Origin: a virus
IMG/VR virus record: IMGVR_UViG_3300005096_000137
Coordinates: 64,001-128,000 of that record
Reading direction: 5' to 3' (one strand)
Length of the DNA stretch: 64,000 nucleotides
Under the pieces are notes generated by a model. It saw only the letters and a list, made by a program, of their open reading frames with translations, was not told where the DNA came from and made no database searches. Position 1 is the first letter of the stretch; the number at the start of each line of letters is the position of its first letter. Below, in pieces: positions 25,458-35,062 of this stretch. A program made the translations under genes and the position numbers.

Positions 25458-26679
25458 CGACCTCTTCCAGGGTGGTCTTCTGCTCATGGTGGGTGGTGCC
25501 ATTTTGGCGTTGGTTCGCTCATGGCCTTTCAGGTTCTGGGGATTCATTAAATACCATTCCATGGTCGTCATTGATATCCCAGACAGGGACAGGTCCTTCA
25601 AGTGGGTTGACAGATGGCTGTCAAATCATAGTTATGCACTAAAGCATGCACGGGTGCTGACAGTGGACACTAAGGGATCACATCGTCCTCGACTATTGTC
25701 AAGGACACATATTATGTTCACGCCCGCACCAGGCACTCACTGGCTGTTTTACAAGTACCGATTGATCATACTTAGCCGCTCACGGAAGATTCAAGAGAAT
25801 GGCGACAGTGACGACGCCTATCGGGAAGCGTTTACCATCCGCGTCCTTGGACGTGACCGTGCTATCGTGCGGGAGTTGTTAGAAGAGGCTCGGGATACTT
25901 TCAAGCCTGAGAGTCAAAACAACATGGTCGTGTACACTCGTGGCCTAGGGTACTGGGATGATTATTATGTACCTACCAGGTCCATGGAGTCTGTGATACT
26001 TCCTGAAGGGCAGTCTGAAATGCTCATCCAGGATATGACAAGCTTCCTAAGTTCGGAGGTATGGTACCGGGAAAAAGGAGTCCCATACCATCGGGGGTAC
26101 CTATTCCATGGACCTCCTGGGTCAGGTAAGACTTCGTTTCTGTTAGCCCTGGCAACCCATCTGGAGAGGGACATAGCCCTCGTAAATCTCAAGTCTACGG
26201 ACCTAGCTGACGGCGGTCTGGCGACTGCCCTTACGGAGGTCCCACGTAATACCATTCTCCTAATCGAGGACGTGGATTGTGTGGTACCTACACGGGAAGG
26301 TCGATCCACAGAGGGGATAAGCTTTGCGGGGTTACTGAACGCCCTGGATGGTTTGACAACTCCTCACGGGCAAATTGTCTTTATGACGACCAACCATCGA
26401 GAGAAACTTGATCCCGCACTAATCCGGCCAGGGCGATGTGACACTGAGGTTCTTTTTACACATGCTACCAACTTTCAAAAGGAGATGATGTTTACTCGGT
26501 TCTTTCCTGATTCACCTTTGGCCTCGAAGTTTGCGCAAGTTGCTGATGGCAATATCAGCATGGCGGAGATTCAGAAATACATGATGCTTTATACCGATAG
26601 CCCCCAAGCTGCCCTTGAGAATACAAACCAACTACGGAGAGTGCAAGATGAGACGGAAGCGAAAACGCCAGAAGAATAA
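25411..26679 (+). CDS. BCS1-like AAA ATPase
   Basis: N-terminal TM, PAPGTHW BCS1_N motif, WY...GVPYHRGYLFHGPPGSGKTS, IEDVD, MTTNH..LDPALIRPGRCD. Confidence 0.9.
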   Translation: MWDQCVEFVQNQLQNNDLFQGGLLLMVGGAILALVRSWPFRFWGFIKYHSMVVIDIPDRDRSFKWVDRWLSNHSYALKHARVLTVDTKGSHRPRLLSRTHIMFTPAPGTHWLFYKYRLIILSRSRKIQENGDSDDAYREAFTIRVLGRDRAIVRELLEEARDTFKPESQNNMVVYTRGLGYWDDYYVPTRSMESVILPEGQSEMLIQDMTSFLSSEVWYREKGVPYHRGYLFHGPPGSGKTSFLLALATHLERDIALVNLKSTDLADGGLATALTEVPRNTILLIEDVDCVVPTREGRSTEGISFAGLLNALDGLTTPHGQIVFMTTNHREKLDPALIRPGRCDTEVLFTHATNFQKEMMFTRFFPDSPLASKFAQVADGNISMAEIQKYMMLYTDSPQAALENTNQLRRVQDETEAKTPEE

Positions 26680-27454
26680 ACGTAAGACACGGGACTACAG
26701 TCAGGACGCCCCAGAATCCCTATCACACGAGGATGAAATGAGTCGGAGACGTCAGAAACGATTACGAGGTGAGAAGCCTAAATTCAGTGGATACAAACCT
26801 GCTAAAGTCGAACCCCGCTCGGAACACCAAGCTCAGTACGTCAATTCCATCAATGCCAATGATCTCGTGCTCTGCCATGGTCCGGCCGGCACAGGTAAGA
26901 CTCATCTGGCTGCTGGTATGGCTGTCAAGATGATGCGTGCAGGTGGCATTGAGAAGATAGTTCTGTGCCGCCCCGTCGTGGGTGTTGGTAAGGACATTGG
27001 CTTCCTGCCTGGTACAAAAGAAGACAAGGTAGGACCCTACCTCACCCCTTTGTTTGATGAAATGTCCTACTACTGTGAAAACAGCCTGGTCAAAGAGTGG
27101 ATGGACCAGGGCAAGCTGGAGATCGTCCCACTGTCCATGATGCGAGGGCGGACGTTCAATGACTGCTTTGTCATTTTGGATGAAGCACAAAACGCATCCA
27201 TGATGGAGCTACGTATGCTAATGACCCGTCTAGGTGTTGGGTCAACGATGGTCATTTCTGGCGATCTGACCCAGTCGGACCTCCCCGAGCATCAGCGTGG
27301 CGCTTTCAACACAGTTGTGGATCGTCTGAATCACGTCGAGTCTATTGGCGTCGTTCAACTTACAAACGAAGACATTGTTCGACACCAATTGATTGGTGTC
27401 ATTGAATCATTACTAAATACGTCGCCGGTTGGAGATTTTGTGGGATGCAGTTAG
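26648..27454 (+). CDS. phoH: PhoH-family ATPase
   Basis: GPAGTGKT, IGFLPG, MRGRTF, LDEAQN, TRLG, GDLTQSD, VRH. Confidence 0.93.
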   Translation: MRRKRKRQKNKRKTRDYSQDAPESLSHEDEMSRRRQKRLRGEKPKFSGYKPAKVEPRSEHQAQYVNSINANDLVLCHGPAGTGKTHLAAGMAVKMMRAGGIEKIVLCRPVVGVGKDIGFLPGTKEDKVGPYLTPLFDEMSYYCENSLVKEWMDQGKLEIVPLSMMRGRTFNDCFVILDEAQNASMMELRMLMTRLGVGSTMVISGDLTQSDLPEHQRGAFNTVVDRLNHVESIGVVQLTNEDIVRHQLIGVIESLLNTSPVGDFVGCS

Positions 27455-30114
27455 AGACCATTCAGATGTCGGTGTTTGCGGACACCATCATGAAACAGAA
27501 ATACTCACATGAACTCACGGGCTCGATTGCCGAGAAGATGGAGGTACCTGACGGGACCAAAGAGGAATGGCCTAGTATTGCTTACCGTGTGACTAAGAAC
27601 GTGTTGAAACCCTTGGGGTACACAATGCGGGACAAGGTATCCCAGGATATTTGCAAGATGATCACTGAGAGGAAGTTCCTCCCCGCCGGGCGGTATCTGT
27701 ATGCCAGTGGACGTCCGTATAGTCAAGTTCAGAATTGCTACAGTGCGGAGACTGAGGTCATCACCAGTTTGGGGACCTTCACCATTCAGGAACTGTCCGA
27801 GACCAATGCAGGTAAGCATACCATCATGACCTCCCAGGGTAGGTGGGTGGAAGCTGATTTCAGGTGTTTTGGTGTACAAACTCTCATGGAGGTTGAATTA
27901 GGCTTCGGACGCGGGGGTAAGACACTGTATGCCACAGCAGAACATAGTTGGCGAGTAGCTGAGTCGTTTGGGATCGATCAGTCCCGAGGGGGTCGAAGAC
28001 GCTTTACACAGAAACATAAGGTTCTCACTCAAGACCTGACACCCGGGGATACACTCTGGCAGACCTTCGGGTATGGTATGAGTCGCACCCCTATCAACCC
28101 TGTGGGTATCCAACATGGTTTTGTCTGGGGTGACGGGAACATTAGTACTAAGGGGCATCAGTGTACTGTGCGACTGTGTGGGGACAAGCAAGAGTACATG
28201 GATGAGTACTTCGCATTGTTCCCTAACCATGTGATTGAGGATGACATTGAATTGTCACTCCTCCCAAGCCATTTCAAAAGCCTTGTGCCCCTCCAGTATG
28301 ATAGGTCCTACCTTCTCGGTTGGTTAGTCGGGTACTTCGCAGCAGATGGGTGTGTCGCCGACAACGGACGCATGACCCTCCTCAGTCATGATATATCCTC
28401 GGTGCAACACGTAAAGGACGTCTGTGCTATCCTGGGTATTGGGTGCAATCAAATACTGACTGGCACCAAGACATCCAATCTGGATGGTAAGGAATACACC
28501 CACTATTCGGTGTCATTTGACCGTTCCACTGTCACAAAAGACTTCTTCCTCAACCCTGAGCACCAAGACCGCTGGTTGGAAAACCCACCCCAGAAACAGA
28601 CCTTCTGGAAGGTAAAGTCGGTCAAGCGAACGGATAGGGTCGAACCTGTGTATTGCGCAATTGTGCCTGATACTCATGAGTTTGTCTTGGCAGACAATAT
28701 CCTAACGGGTAACTGCCTACTCTTGAGGTGCCATGACAGTCGAGAAGGTTGGTCAGAGCTACTCCACAATGCCAGCATGGCTCTGATGACCGGTGCTGGT
28801 ATCGGAGTGGACTATTCGGACCTCCGCAGTGAGGGTGCCACGATTCGGGGAACAGGCGGGAAAGCCACCGGACCTATTGCCTTGATGCAGATGCTCAATG
28901 AGTGTGGTCGTGGTATTATGCAGGGAGGCGCGCGTCGCAGTGCTATCTGGGCTGGTCTCCGCTGGGACCATCCGGACATTCACAAGTTTATTCGTATTAA
29001 GAATTGGTCGGATGACGTCAAAGCCATGAAGGCTAAGGACTTCAATTTCCCCGCTCCTCTGGATTGTACCAACATCAGTGTGCAACTCAACGACGAGTTC
29101 TTTGAAGCCTTCCACGACAACGAACATGTAAAGCACTCGCTCGCACAATCAGTGTACTGGGCAGTGATTGAACAAGCCCTGGAGACGGCTGAGCCTGGAT
29201 TCAGTGTGGACACTGGTAAGAACAGTGGTGAGACCCTGCGGAATGCTTGCACAGAAATCTCCTCCAAGGATGACTCCGACATCTGTAATTTAGGTTCAAT
29301 CAATTTAGCGAGAATCGACGATATCGAGGAATTCGAGAAGGTGGTTGATTTGGGTACCCTGTTCCTACTTGCAGGCACAGTTTACAGTGATGTACCCTAC
29401 GAGAAGGTCGATCGCGTGCGTACCAAGAACCGACGTTTAGGTCTTGGACTCATGGGCGTTCACGAGTGGCTTATCAAGCGAGGGAAGCCCTATGCTCCCG
29501 ATGAGGACCTTGAGAAGTGGCTGAAGAAGTATAAGAAGTCGGGGAAGATTGCGAACAAGTATGCGGATCAATTTGGACTCTCGCGTCCGAAGAAGACTCG
29601 GTCCATTGCTCCCACGGGTACCATCTCGATTATTGCTGAGACAACCGGTGGGCTGGAACCACTGTTTTGTATTGCGTATAAGCGACGATACCTAAAGCAC
29701 AACAATTGGTGCTACCAGTATGTCATTGACCCAACAGCAAAGCGACTCATTGATGCTGGTGCTGATCCCCATTCCATAGAGGACGCCTATACGTTGGCAG
29801 AAGACGTGGAAAGACGGGTCAAGTTCCAGCATTGGATTCAGCAGTTCGTCGACCATGGAATCAGCAGTACGGTCAACCTACCCGCATGGGGTACCAAATT
29901 GAACAACAAATCCAAGGTGCAGCCTTTTGGAACCATGCTAATGAAGTACCTCCCTGAGCTACGAGGGATCACCTGCTACCCAGATGGGTGCCGTTCTGGA
30001 CAACCCTTCACGCCATGTGACTATGAAGAAGCCTTGCGTCACGAGGGTGCTGAATTGGTTGAAGAAGCCGTCCAAGCCTGTAGTTTGGCAAAAGGCGGAG
30101 ATTGTGGAGATTAG
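27445..30114 (+). CDS. nrdJ: class II (adenosylcobalamin-type) ribonucleotide reductase containing an intein
   Basis: FLPAGR, GAGIG.DYS.LR, GGARRSA, NACTE, CNLGSINL, RRLGLG, APTGT, ISST.NLP; no small subunit nearby. Confidence 0.88.
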   Translation: MQLETIQMSVFADTIMKQKYSHELTGSIAEKMEVPDGTKEEWPSIAYRVTKNVLKPLGYTMRDKVSQDICKMITERKFLPAGRYLYASGRPYSQVQNCYSAETEVITSLGTFTIQELSETNAGKHTIMTSQGRWVEADFRCFGVQTLMEVELGFGRGGKTLYATAEHSWRVAESFGIDQSRGGRRRFTQKHKVLTQDLTPGDTLWQTFGYGMSRTPINPVGIQHGFVWGDGNISTKGHQCTVRLCGDKQEYMDEYFALFPNHVIEDDIELSLLPSHFKSLVPLQYDRSYLLGWLVGYFAADGCVADNGRMTLLSHDISSVQHVKDVCAILGIGCNQILTGTKTSNLDGKEYTHYSVSFDRSTVTKDFFLNPEHQDRWLENPPQKQTFWKVKSVKRTDRVEPVYCAIVPDTHEFVLADNILTGNCLLLRCHDSREGWSELLHNASMALMTGAGIGVDYSDLRSEGATIRGTGGKATGPIALMQMLNECGRGIMQGGARRSAIWAGLRWDHPDIHKFIRIKNWSDDVKAMKAKDFNFPAPLDCTNISVQLNDEFFEAFHDNEHVKHSLAQSVYWAVIEQALETAEPGFSVDTGKNSGETLRNACTEISSKDDSDICNLGSINLARIDDIEEFEKVVDLGTLFLLAGTVYSDVPYEKVDRVRTKNRRLGLGLMGVHEWLIKRGKPYAPDEDLEKWLKKYKKSGKIANKYADQFGLSRPKKTRSIAPTGTISIIAETTGGLEPLFCIAYKRRYLKHNNWCYQYVIDPTAKRLIDAGADPHSIEDAYTLAEDVERRVKFQHWIQQFVDHGISSTVNLPAWGTKLNNKSKVQPFGTMLMKYLPELRGITCYPDGCRSGQPFTPCDYEEALRHEGAELVEEAVQACSLAKGGDCGD
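27736..28713 (+). mobile_element. intein (326 aa) with LAGLIDADG endonuclease
   Basis: QN|CYSAETEV start, block B ATAEHSW, LVGYFAADG, end HEFVLADNILTGN|C. Confidence 0.9.
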
Positions 30115-30117
30115 GGG

Positions 30118-30146
30118 TTGACCTTACTCTTTGGACCAACTAGGAT
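30118..30146 (+). promoter_or_regulatory. sigma70-type promoter
   Basis: TTGACC-17-TAGGAT. Confidence 0.6.
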
Positions 30147-30180
30147 AGAGGAATAGAAACAAACTCTCTGGAGACATACA

Positions 30181-30747
30181 ATGCTGATTGCTGATTACGT
30201 TGCACAAGCCCGTTCGGTTGCCCACTACCATGACAAGGCTCCGAATGCCAATTTCATCTACCCCGCCCTGGGGCTCTGCGGTGAGATTGGGGAGGCTCTT
30301 GATAAGGTACAACACGTAGATGACGCGGAGGCCATCACTGGAGAATTAGGTGATGTCCTGTGGTACGTGGTAAACACCGCCTTGGATTTGGACATCACCA
30401 TCCCTTCCGTCATTGATAGTATCATTCTTGGTGGTACAGAGTGTCAGACCTTTGACCAACTTCAAGGTCGTTTCCTTGCCCTGGATGCCTCCTGCTTTCT
30501 AGCCTTCGTGGTGTATGCCGGACGTATTGCAGAAATTGCAAAGAAATCCATCCGTGATACCAACGGGTCTGTTTCTGACGAGAAAGTACAGATCATTCGC
30601 GAGAACTTAGGCTACATCCTCCTGGGCATCACACGCTTTGCCGATATGTATAGCGTACCCCTCCAGGCTGTAGCACAAGCTAACATTAACAAACTGTTTT
30701 CCCGCCGCGACCGAGGGGTTCTCTCGGGTGACGGCGACAATCGCTAA
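30181..30747 (+). CDS. mazG: MazG-like NTP pyrophosphohydrolase
   Basis: LGLCGEIGE..DK, ELGDVLWYV, N..KL.SR..RG...G.GDNR. Confidence 0.88.
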   Translation: MLIADYVAQARSVAHYHDKAPNANFIYPALGLCGEIGEALDKVQHVDDAEAITGELGDVLWYVVNTALDLDITIPSVIDSIILGGTECQTFDQLQGRFLALDASCFLAFVVYAGRIAEIAKKSIRDTNGSVSDEKVQIIRENLGYILLGITRFADMYSVPLQAVAQANINKLFSRRDRGVLSGDGDNR

Positions 30748-30761
30748 TACGGAGAAACACT

Positions 30762-31112
30762 GTGGCTGACTTTACGAGCTTTACAATCGAGAAAGAAGTG
30801 GACCTGGGATACTACCCAGCCCGTCTCTTTGACCGGAATCGGACGATTACGATACCTGTCGAAGGTACCCCCAATTCGGACGTCATCTTTACCCCGACCG
30901 TGAATACTAACCCACCCGAGGACACTAACCCATCCGAGAGTCTGGAAACGGCCATCGTGAATACGTTGGATTTTCCAAATGAAGAAGAGTTTGACGCCCT
31001 GTTCAAACGCAATGATTCACTTCGGGAACAAGGCCTCCAGACCTTGGAGGATGTTCCTGATATCACCCGAAGGGTGAAACTCCGGATCACCGTTGAAGTT
31101 CTCGACGACTAA
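30762..31112 (+). CDS. hypothetical protein
   Basis: GGAG RBS before GTG. Confidence 0.65.
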   Translation: MADFTSFTIEKEVDLGYYPARLFDRNRTITIPVEGTPNSDVIFTPTVNTNPPEDTNPSESLETAIVNTLDFPNEEEFDALFKRNDSLREQGLQTLEDVPDITRRVKLRITVEVLDD

Positions 31113-31167
31113 CTTTATGCACGTTGCTTGCCATGTCCCTCTTTGGGCCCGCAGCGACGATGCACAA

Positions 31168-31216
31168 CCCCGACCGTGACGCCACCCCCCCCTATGGCTC
31201 ATAGTCGGGGTCTTTT
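31168..31216 (+). terminator. intrinsic terminator
   Basis: CCCCGAC...GTCGGGG followed by TCTTTT. Confidence 0.65.
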
Positions 31217-31237
31217 CATTTACCTTTGGAGATTGAT

Positions 31238-32026
31238 ATGCAAAACTACTTGGATTTGATGCAGACTATCCTGGACCATGGGAACCGGAAGGGCGATCGT
31301 ACTGGGACCGGGACTCTGAGTCTCTTTGGTCCTCAGCTTCGATTCGACCTAGCTGCTGGGTTCCCCTTGCTGACCACCAAGAAGCTCCACCTCCGTTCCA
31401 TAATCTATGAACTGCTGTGGTTCATGCGTGGGCGTAACGACCTCGCCTACCTCCATAAACACGGGGTGAAGATTTGGGACGAATGGGCGTTGGATGACGG
31501 AACCATCGGACCTGGGTATGGTGTCCAGTGGCGTAGCTTCAATGAAGACCCAACCTGTGACCAACTCCAAGATGTACTTGACACCCTCAAGGGGAACCCC
31601 AACTGTCGGCGAATGATTGTCTCGGCGTGGAACCCCCTCCAGACGGGTAAGATGGCATTACCACCTTGTCATTTACTGTTCCAGTTCTATGTCGCCAATA
31701 ACAAACTCTCGTGCAAGATGTACCAGAGAAGCTCCGATATGTTTCTAGGGGTGCCATTCAATATCGCCAGTTATGCCCTCCTCACTATGATGATGGCTAA
31801 GATGGCAGACCTAGAACTCGGGGATTTCATCTGGACATCTGGCGATTCACACATTTACTCGAACTGTATTGAACAGACCAAGACACAAGTCATGCGGGAC
31901 TGCCGGAGGCTGCCGACCATGACCCTCAAAAATCGAGGTCAGGGGTTAAGTGACTGGGAGTACGACGATTTCAAATTGACCGGTTATGACCCCCACCCTC
32001 ACATCAAGGCTAAAGTTTCCGTTTGA
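31238..32026 (+). CDS. thyA: thymidylate synthase
   Basis: DRTGTGT, FPLLTTKK, MALPPCH, YQRSSDMFLGVPFNIASY, HIY. Confidence 0.97.
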   Translation: MQNYLDLMQTILDHGNRKGDRTGTGTLSLFGPQLRFDLAAGFPLLTTKKLHLRSIIYELLWFMRGRNDLAYLHKHGVKIWDEWALDDGTIGPGYGVQWRSFNEDPTCDQLQDVLDTLKGNPNCRRMIVSAWNPLQTGKMALPPCHLLFQFYVANNKLSCKMYQRSSDMFLGVPFNIASYALLTMMMAKMADLELGDFIWTSGDSHIYSNCIEQTKTQVMRDCRRLPTMTLKNRGQGLSDWEYDDFKLTGYDPHPHIKAKVSV

Positions 32027-32051
32027 CAACCACAACTTTATCAGGTACACT
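32023..32051 (+). promoter_or_regulatory. sigma70-type promoter (likely leaderless transcript)
   Basis: TTGACA-17-TACACT with ATG 6 nt downstream. Confidence 0.75.
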
Positions 32052-32057
32052 TGCAAT

Positions 32058-32582
32058 ATGGCGATCGTTTACGAAGCCACTGAGGATCGAGACTACTACG
32101 GGACACCCCCTGAATGGGCGGAACGTTGCCGCACAGTCTTGGATGGTATCGACTTAGATCCCGCTTCTTGTGAAGAAGCGAATCGACAGGTCATACGGGC
32201 AAACCGATTCATGGACAAGGAAATGAACGCTTTGGAGCAAGATTGGAATTGCCGGTCCTTGTTTCTCAATCCACCATACAGCCGGACACTTCTCCCAGCA
32301 TTTGCGAAGAAGTTTCGTACACAATGGAACCTTAACAACATTAGAGAATCGGCGATTGTTCTGATAAACAATTCCACAGAGACAGGTGCATTTGAACAGT
32401 TTAGTAGGTGTTCTGATCTTCGGGCAGAGCCCTGTGCCCGCATCCAGTTCGTGAGCACAGAAGGTCGGAGTGTGACAGGTAATCCCCGGGGTCAGGTCTT
32501 CTTTTATTATGGCCCTGATCCTGATTTATTCTCCCGAGTCTTCCGTTGGGCGGGTTGTCGGATAATGAAGGTAGTTGAATGA
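32058..32582 (+). CDS. phage DNA N6-adenine methyltransferase
   Basis: Y.TP, IDLDPAS, LFLNPPYS, RIQF. Confidence 0.85.
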   Translation: MAIVYEATEDRDYYGTPPEWAERCRTVLDGIDLDPASCEEANRQVIRANRFMDKEMNALEQDWNCRSLFLNPPYSRTLLPAFAKKFRTQWNLNNIRESAIVLINNSTETGAFEQFSRCSDLRAEPCARIQFVSTEGRSVTGNPRGQVFFYYGPDPDLFSRVFRWAGCRIMKVVE

Positions 32583-33058
32583 TCACAGGCAACATTAGTT
32601 ACGCGGCGGTCCAAATACAGGCGTTCAAGTATCGTCAGGGGGATTCCGTGTTCTGGGATGACATCAAGCACGAAGTTCCTTCGCATTCCTGCTGGGAAGA
32701 TTTGACTGGCGCTGACTTCCCAGGCAGTCATCCCCTGCTCCGCATCCTGGAGGATGTGTACGGGCTCTATGTGAATTCGATCGGAGATTGGAACATTGGT
32801 TATTCGTCCTTCGTCGAGCATTATGACTTTCAGAATCATCCAGAGGTCGGGCTACTTGAACACATGCCTCAGATAGTCAAGTTGCTGGAAGCCGAATTTG
32901 CGAAGCACCACGACAACCCCAAACAGGTGAGCATCACAACAATGTGGTCTGAGACCACATGGCAAACTCACGAAGGTGACTATGATTCGATGATTACGTT
33001 CCATGGCGGTTTCAACCTGCGTGACCTTGTAAGTCTTGCTACACCAATGGGTACCTGA
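32579..33058 (+). CDS. hypothetical protein, PxHS family paralog 1
   Basis: VQIQA...G..V...VPSHSCW..L. Confidence 0.7.
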   Translation: MITGNISYAAVQIQAFKYRQGDSVFWDDIKHEVPSHSCWEDLTGADFPGSHPLLRILEDVYGLYVNSIGDWNIGYSSFVEHYDFQNHPEVGLLEHMPQIVKLLEAEFAKHHDNPKQVSITTMWSETTWQTHEGDYDSMITFHGGFNLRDLVSLATPMGT

Positions 33059-33059
33059 T

Positions 33060-33575
33060 ATGTCGACCACTTACAGTATCGTCCAAATCCAGGGCAAGGC
33101 CTTCTCGAAGGGGGAGTTGGTGTACCATGATCAATGTGATGACCTGACCCCTGGTCATTCGACTTGGGACAACCTTGCTGATGAGAAGGAGAGGTTCATC
33201 CCTAGTGGCGACCCTAATGTGGACTTTCGGGACACATCAGAGTGGGAGATAAAGGAGGATTGTATTGGGTTACGATTCACCGCGCTTGGTACACAAACCC
33301 TTCATTGGAATTCATTCTTCATCGAGTTTGTGGAGAAGTATGGGATCTTGCGGGTTGTTGAACCTTTTCGGAAGGTTATTGTAGCAGATGTTCAGGCTGC
33401 AATGGATAGGGCCTCCGAGGACTTCTGGGCACTCAAATACCACCAGACTATCAACACTCTCTGGTCGTACACCCACTGGGATACCGCAAAGCCACACAAG
33501 ACACACAAGCCAGCTCTCGTGTACCACGGACCCTTTGATATCAAAGACCTTTTATCCCTGACTCCAAGAAACTAA
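33060..33575 (+). CDS. hypothetical protein, PxHS family paralog 2
   Basis: SIVQIQG...KGELV...TPGHSTWDNL. Confidence 0.7.
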   Translation: MSTTYSIVQIQGKAFSKGELVYHDQCDDLTPGHSTWDNLADEKERFIPSGDPNVDFRDTSEWEIKEDCIGLRFTALGTQTLHWNSFFIEFVEKYGILRVVEPFRKVIVADVQAAMDRASEDFWALKYHQTINTLWSYTHWDTAKPHKTHKPALVYHGPFDIKDLLSLTPRN

Positions 33576-34084
33576 TGAATACCATAAATAGCCACTCAAT
33601 TGTCCAGGTAATTGCGGAGAGGTTCCACAAAGGTCAGCCAGTGCTCTTTGAACGCCTCAAGGACATGGTTCCTTGCCATTCTTCTTTTGACAAACTGACT
33701 GACGCCCTGGGTTGTAGTGAGCAACCATGTGCTAGTGTGCTCCCCACTGATGAGAGAACGTTCAAGGAAGCAGCATTCGGTATGACATTTCATTCGGTGG
33801 GAGAGCCAACCGGCGGGCATCCCTCTTGTTTTGAATACACACGGAGCCAGCAATCTCTGGAGGAGATGGTGGCCCCCTACCACACCAAGTTCGTGACCTA
33901 TTGCAAGCAACACTTTCAAGCAGCCCAGAATGCCAGGACTGTCAGTAGCAACATTGTTTCGATACTCACCCTCTGGGGGAGTGCAGTTTGGATGGACAGG
34001 ACGGGTAAGATTGTTACTGACAACCAGTTCCGTGGTATCCTGAACATGAACGTGTTGACAGATAATTTACTTGACAGGCAGTAG
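33575..34084 (+). CDS. hypothetical protein, PxHS family paralog 3
   Basis: SIVQVIA...KGQPV...VPCHSSFDKL. Confidence 0.7.
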   Translation: MNTINSHSIVQVIAERFHKGQPVLFERLKDMVPCHSSFDKLTDALGCSEQPCASVLPTDERTFKEAAFGMTFHSVGEPTGGHPSCFEYTRSQQSLEEMVAPYHTKFVTYCKQHFQAAQNARTVSSNIVSILTLWGSAVWMDRTGKIVTDNQFRGILNMNVLTDNLLDRQ

Positions 34085-34099
34085 TCTATGGTGTACACT
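34071..34099 (+). promoter_or_regulatory. sigma70-type promoter heading the five-gene Tat operon
   Basis: TTGACA-17-TACACT. Confidence 0.8.
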
Positions 34100-34126
34100 T
34101 GAGAGTAAACCTGTTGGAGACTTCAA

Positions 34127-35062
34127 ATGCTTGATCGTCGTGTATTTCTAAAGACCCTAAGCGCTGGTGCAATTGCGGCTATCCATGCAGCTAATGCAGC
34201 TAATGCAGCTAATGCAGAGACACCCCCGCTACCTCACTCTCACCCACTCCCACGTCCACAGTTTATCTGCCTTCCAAAGCGGTTCCCGGAGCCCCCAAGA
34301 CAAATTCACATAGGTCCTCGAAAAGGAAAGCATGCGCCACGCCTCTGGCAAGTCCCACAAGGTTGGTTTAAGTATCGGGACCATAAACTACTGGGCACTT
34401 GTGGCGCTGGCAGTACCACAGAAGAGGACATCGGGACCTTTACAGCAGGTCCCGGAGAAGACAAGCTTCAGTACCGTTTTGGCAAGACCCTGGAGTGCGA
34501 CGGTTTTATGCGAATAGGTGCCAGTCACACTGGTTGGACAAATCCCATATTCCTCCTGGCAGTTCATGACGGACCTGTTGTTGAATTCGGGTGTTACGGT
34601 CGCCAACCCGGCGATCTGGCGTTGGAATTGGGGTCCCGTCCATACTATCACCCCTGCTCGTTTGTCTCAGTGTTCCGACCCAATAGTCCACTACCTGATG
34701 ATGGTCACTACGAGACCACGATTGATTGGGACCTAGGTTCCCAGAAGGCAGACCCATACAAAACTGCCCTTCGCTTGAATTTTGCATACGAACATTACAG
34801 TCTTTCACGATCCCAGCGGATGGCTGATTTCGTGATGCCTCCTCGAATGCTGGCTTTTGAATATGACAATGATGCGTATGATGCAATTATGTATGCTATG
34901 GATAGTTACAAGGTTGCTCCCACCCAGGGCTTCCGGATATCAAGCCACGGGTACAATTTCCAACTCTCTACCCGAAATCCACCAGTCCTGGCTCAGAATT
35001 ACGCAATACAATCAGCCAGTGCCATGCGAGGCAGTCCAGTATGCTTAGACGAGACTTCCTAA
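34127..35062 (+). CDS. Tat signal peptide protein, paralog family member A
   Basis: DRRVFLKTLSAGAIAA with ANA repeats; G..+.CDG and P+FL+A+.+GP+VE motifs. Confidence 0.75.
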   Translation: MLDRRVFLKTLSAGAIAAIHAANAANAANAETPPLPHSHPLPRPQFICLPKRFPEPPRQIHIGPRKGKHAPRLWQVPQGWFKYRDHKLLGTCGAGSTTEEDIGTFTAGPGEDKLQYRFGKTLECDGFMRIGASHTGWTNPIFLLAVHDGPVVEFGCYGRQPGDLALELGSRPYYHPCSFVSVFRPNSPLPDDGHYETTIDWDLGSQKADPYKTALRLNFAYEHYSLSRSQRMADFVMPPRMLAFEYDNDAYDAIMYAMDSYKVAPTQGFRISSHGYNFQLSTRNPPVLAQNYAIQSASAMRGSPVCLDETS

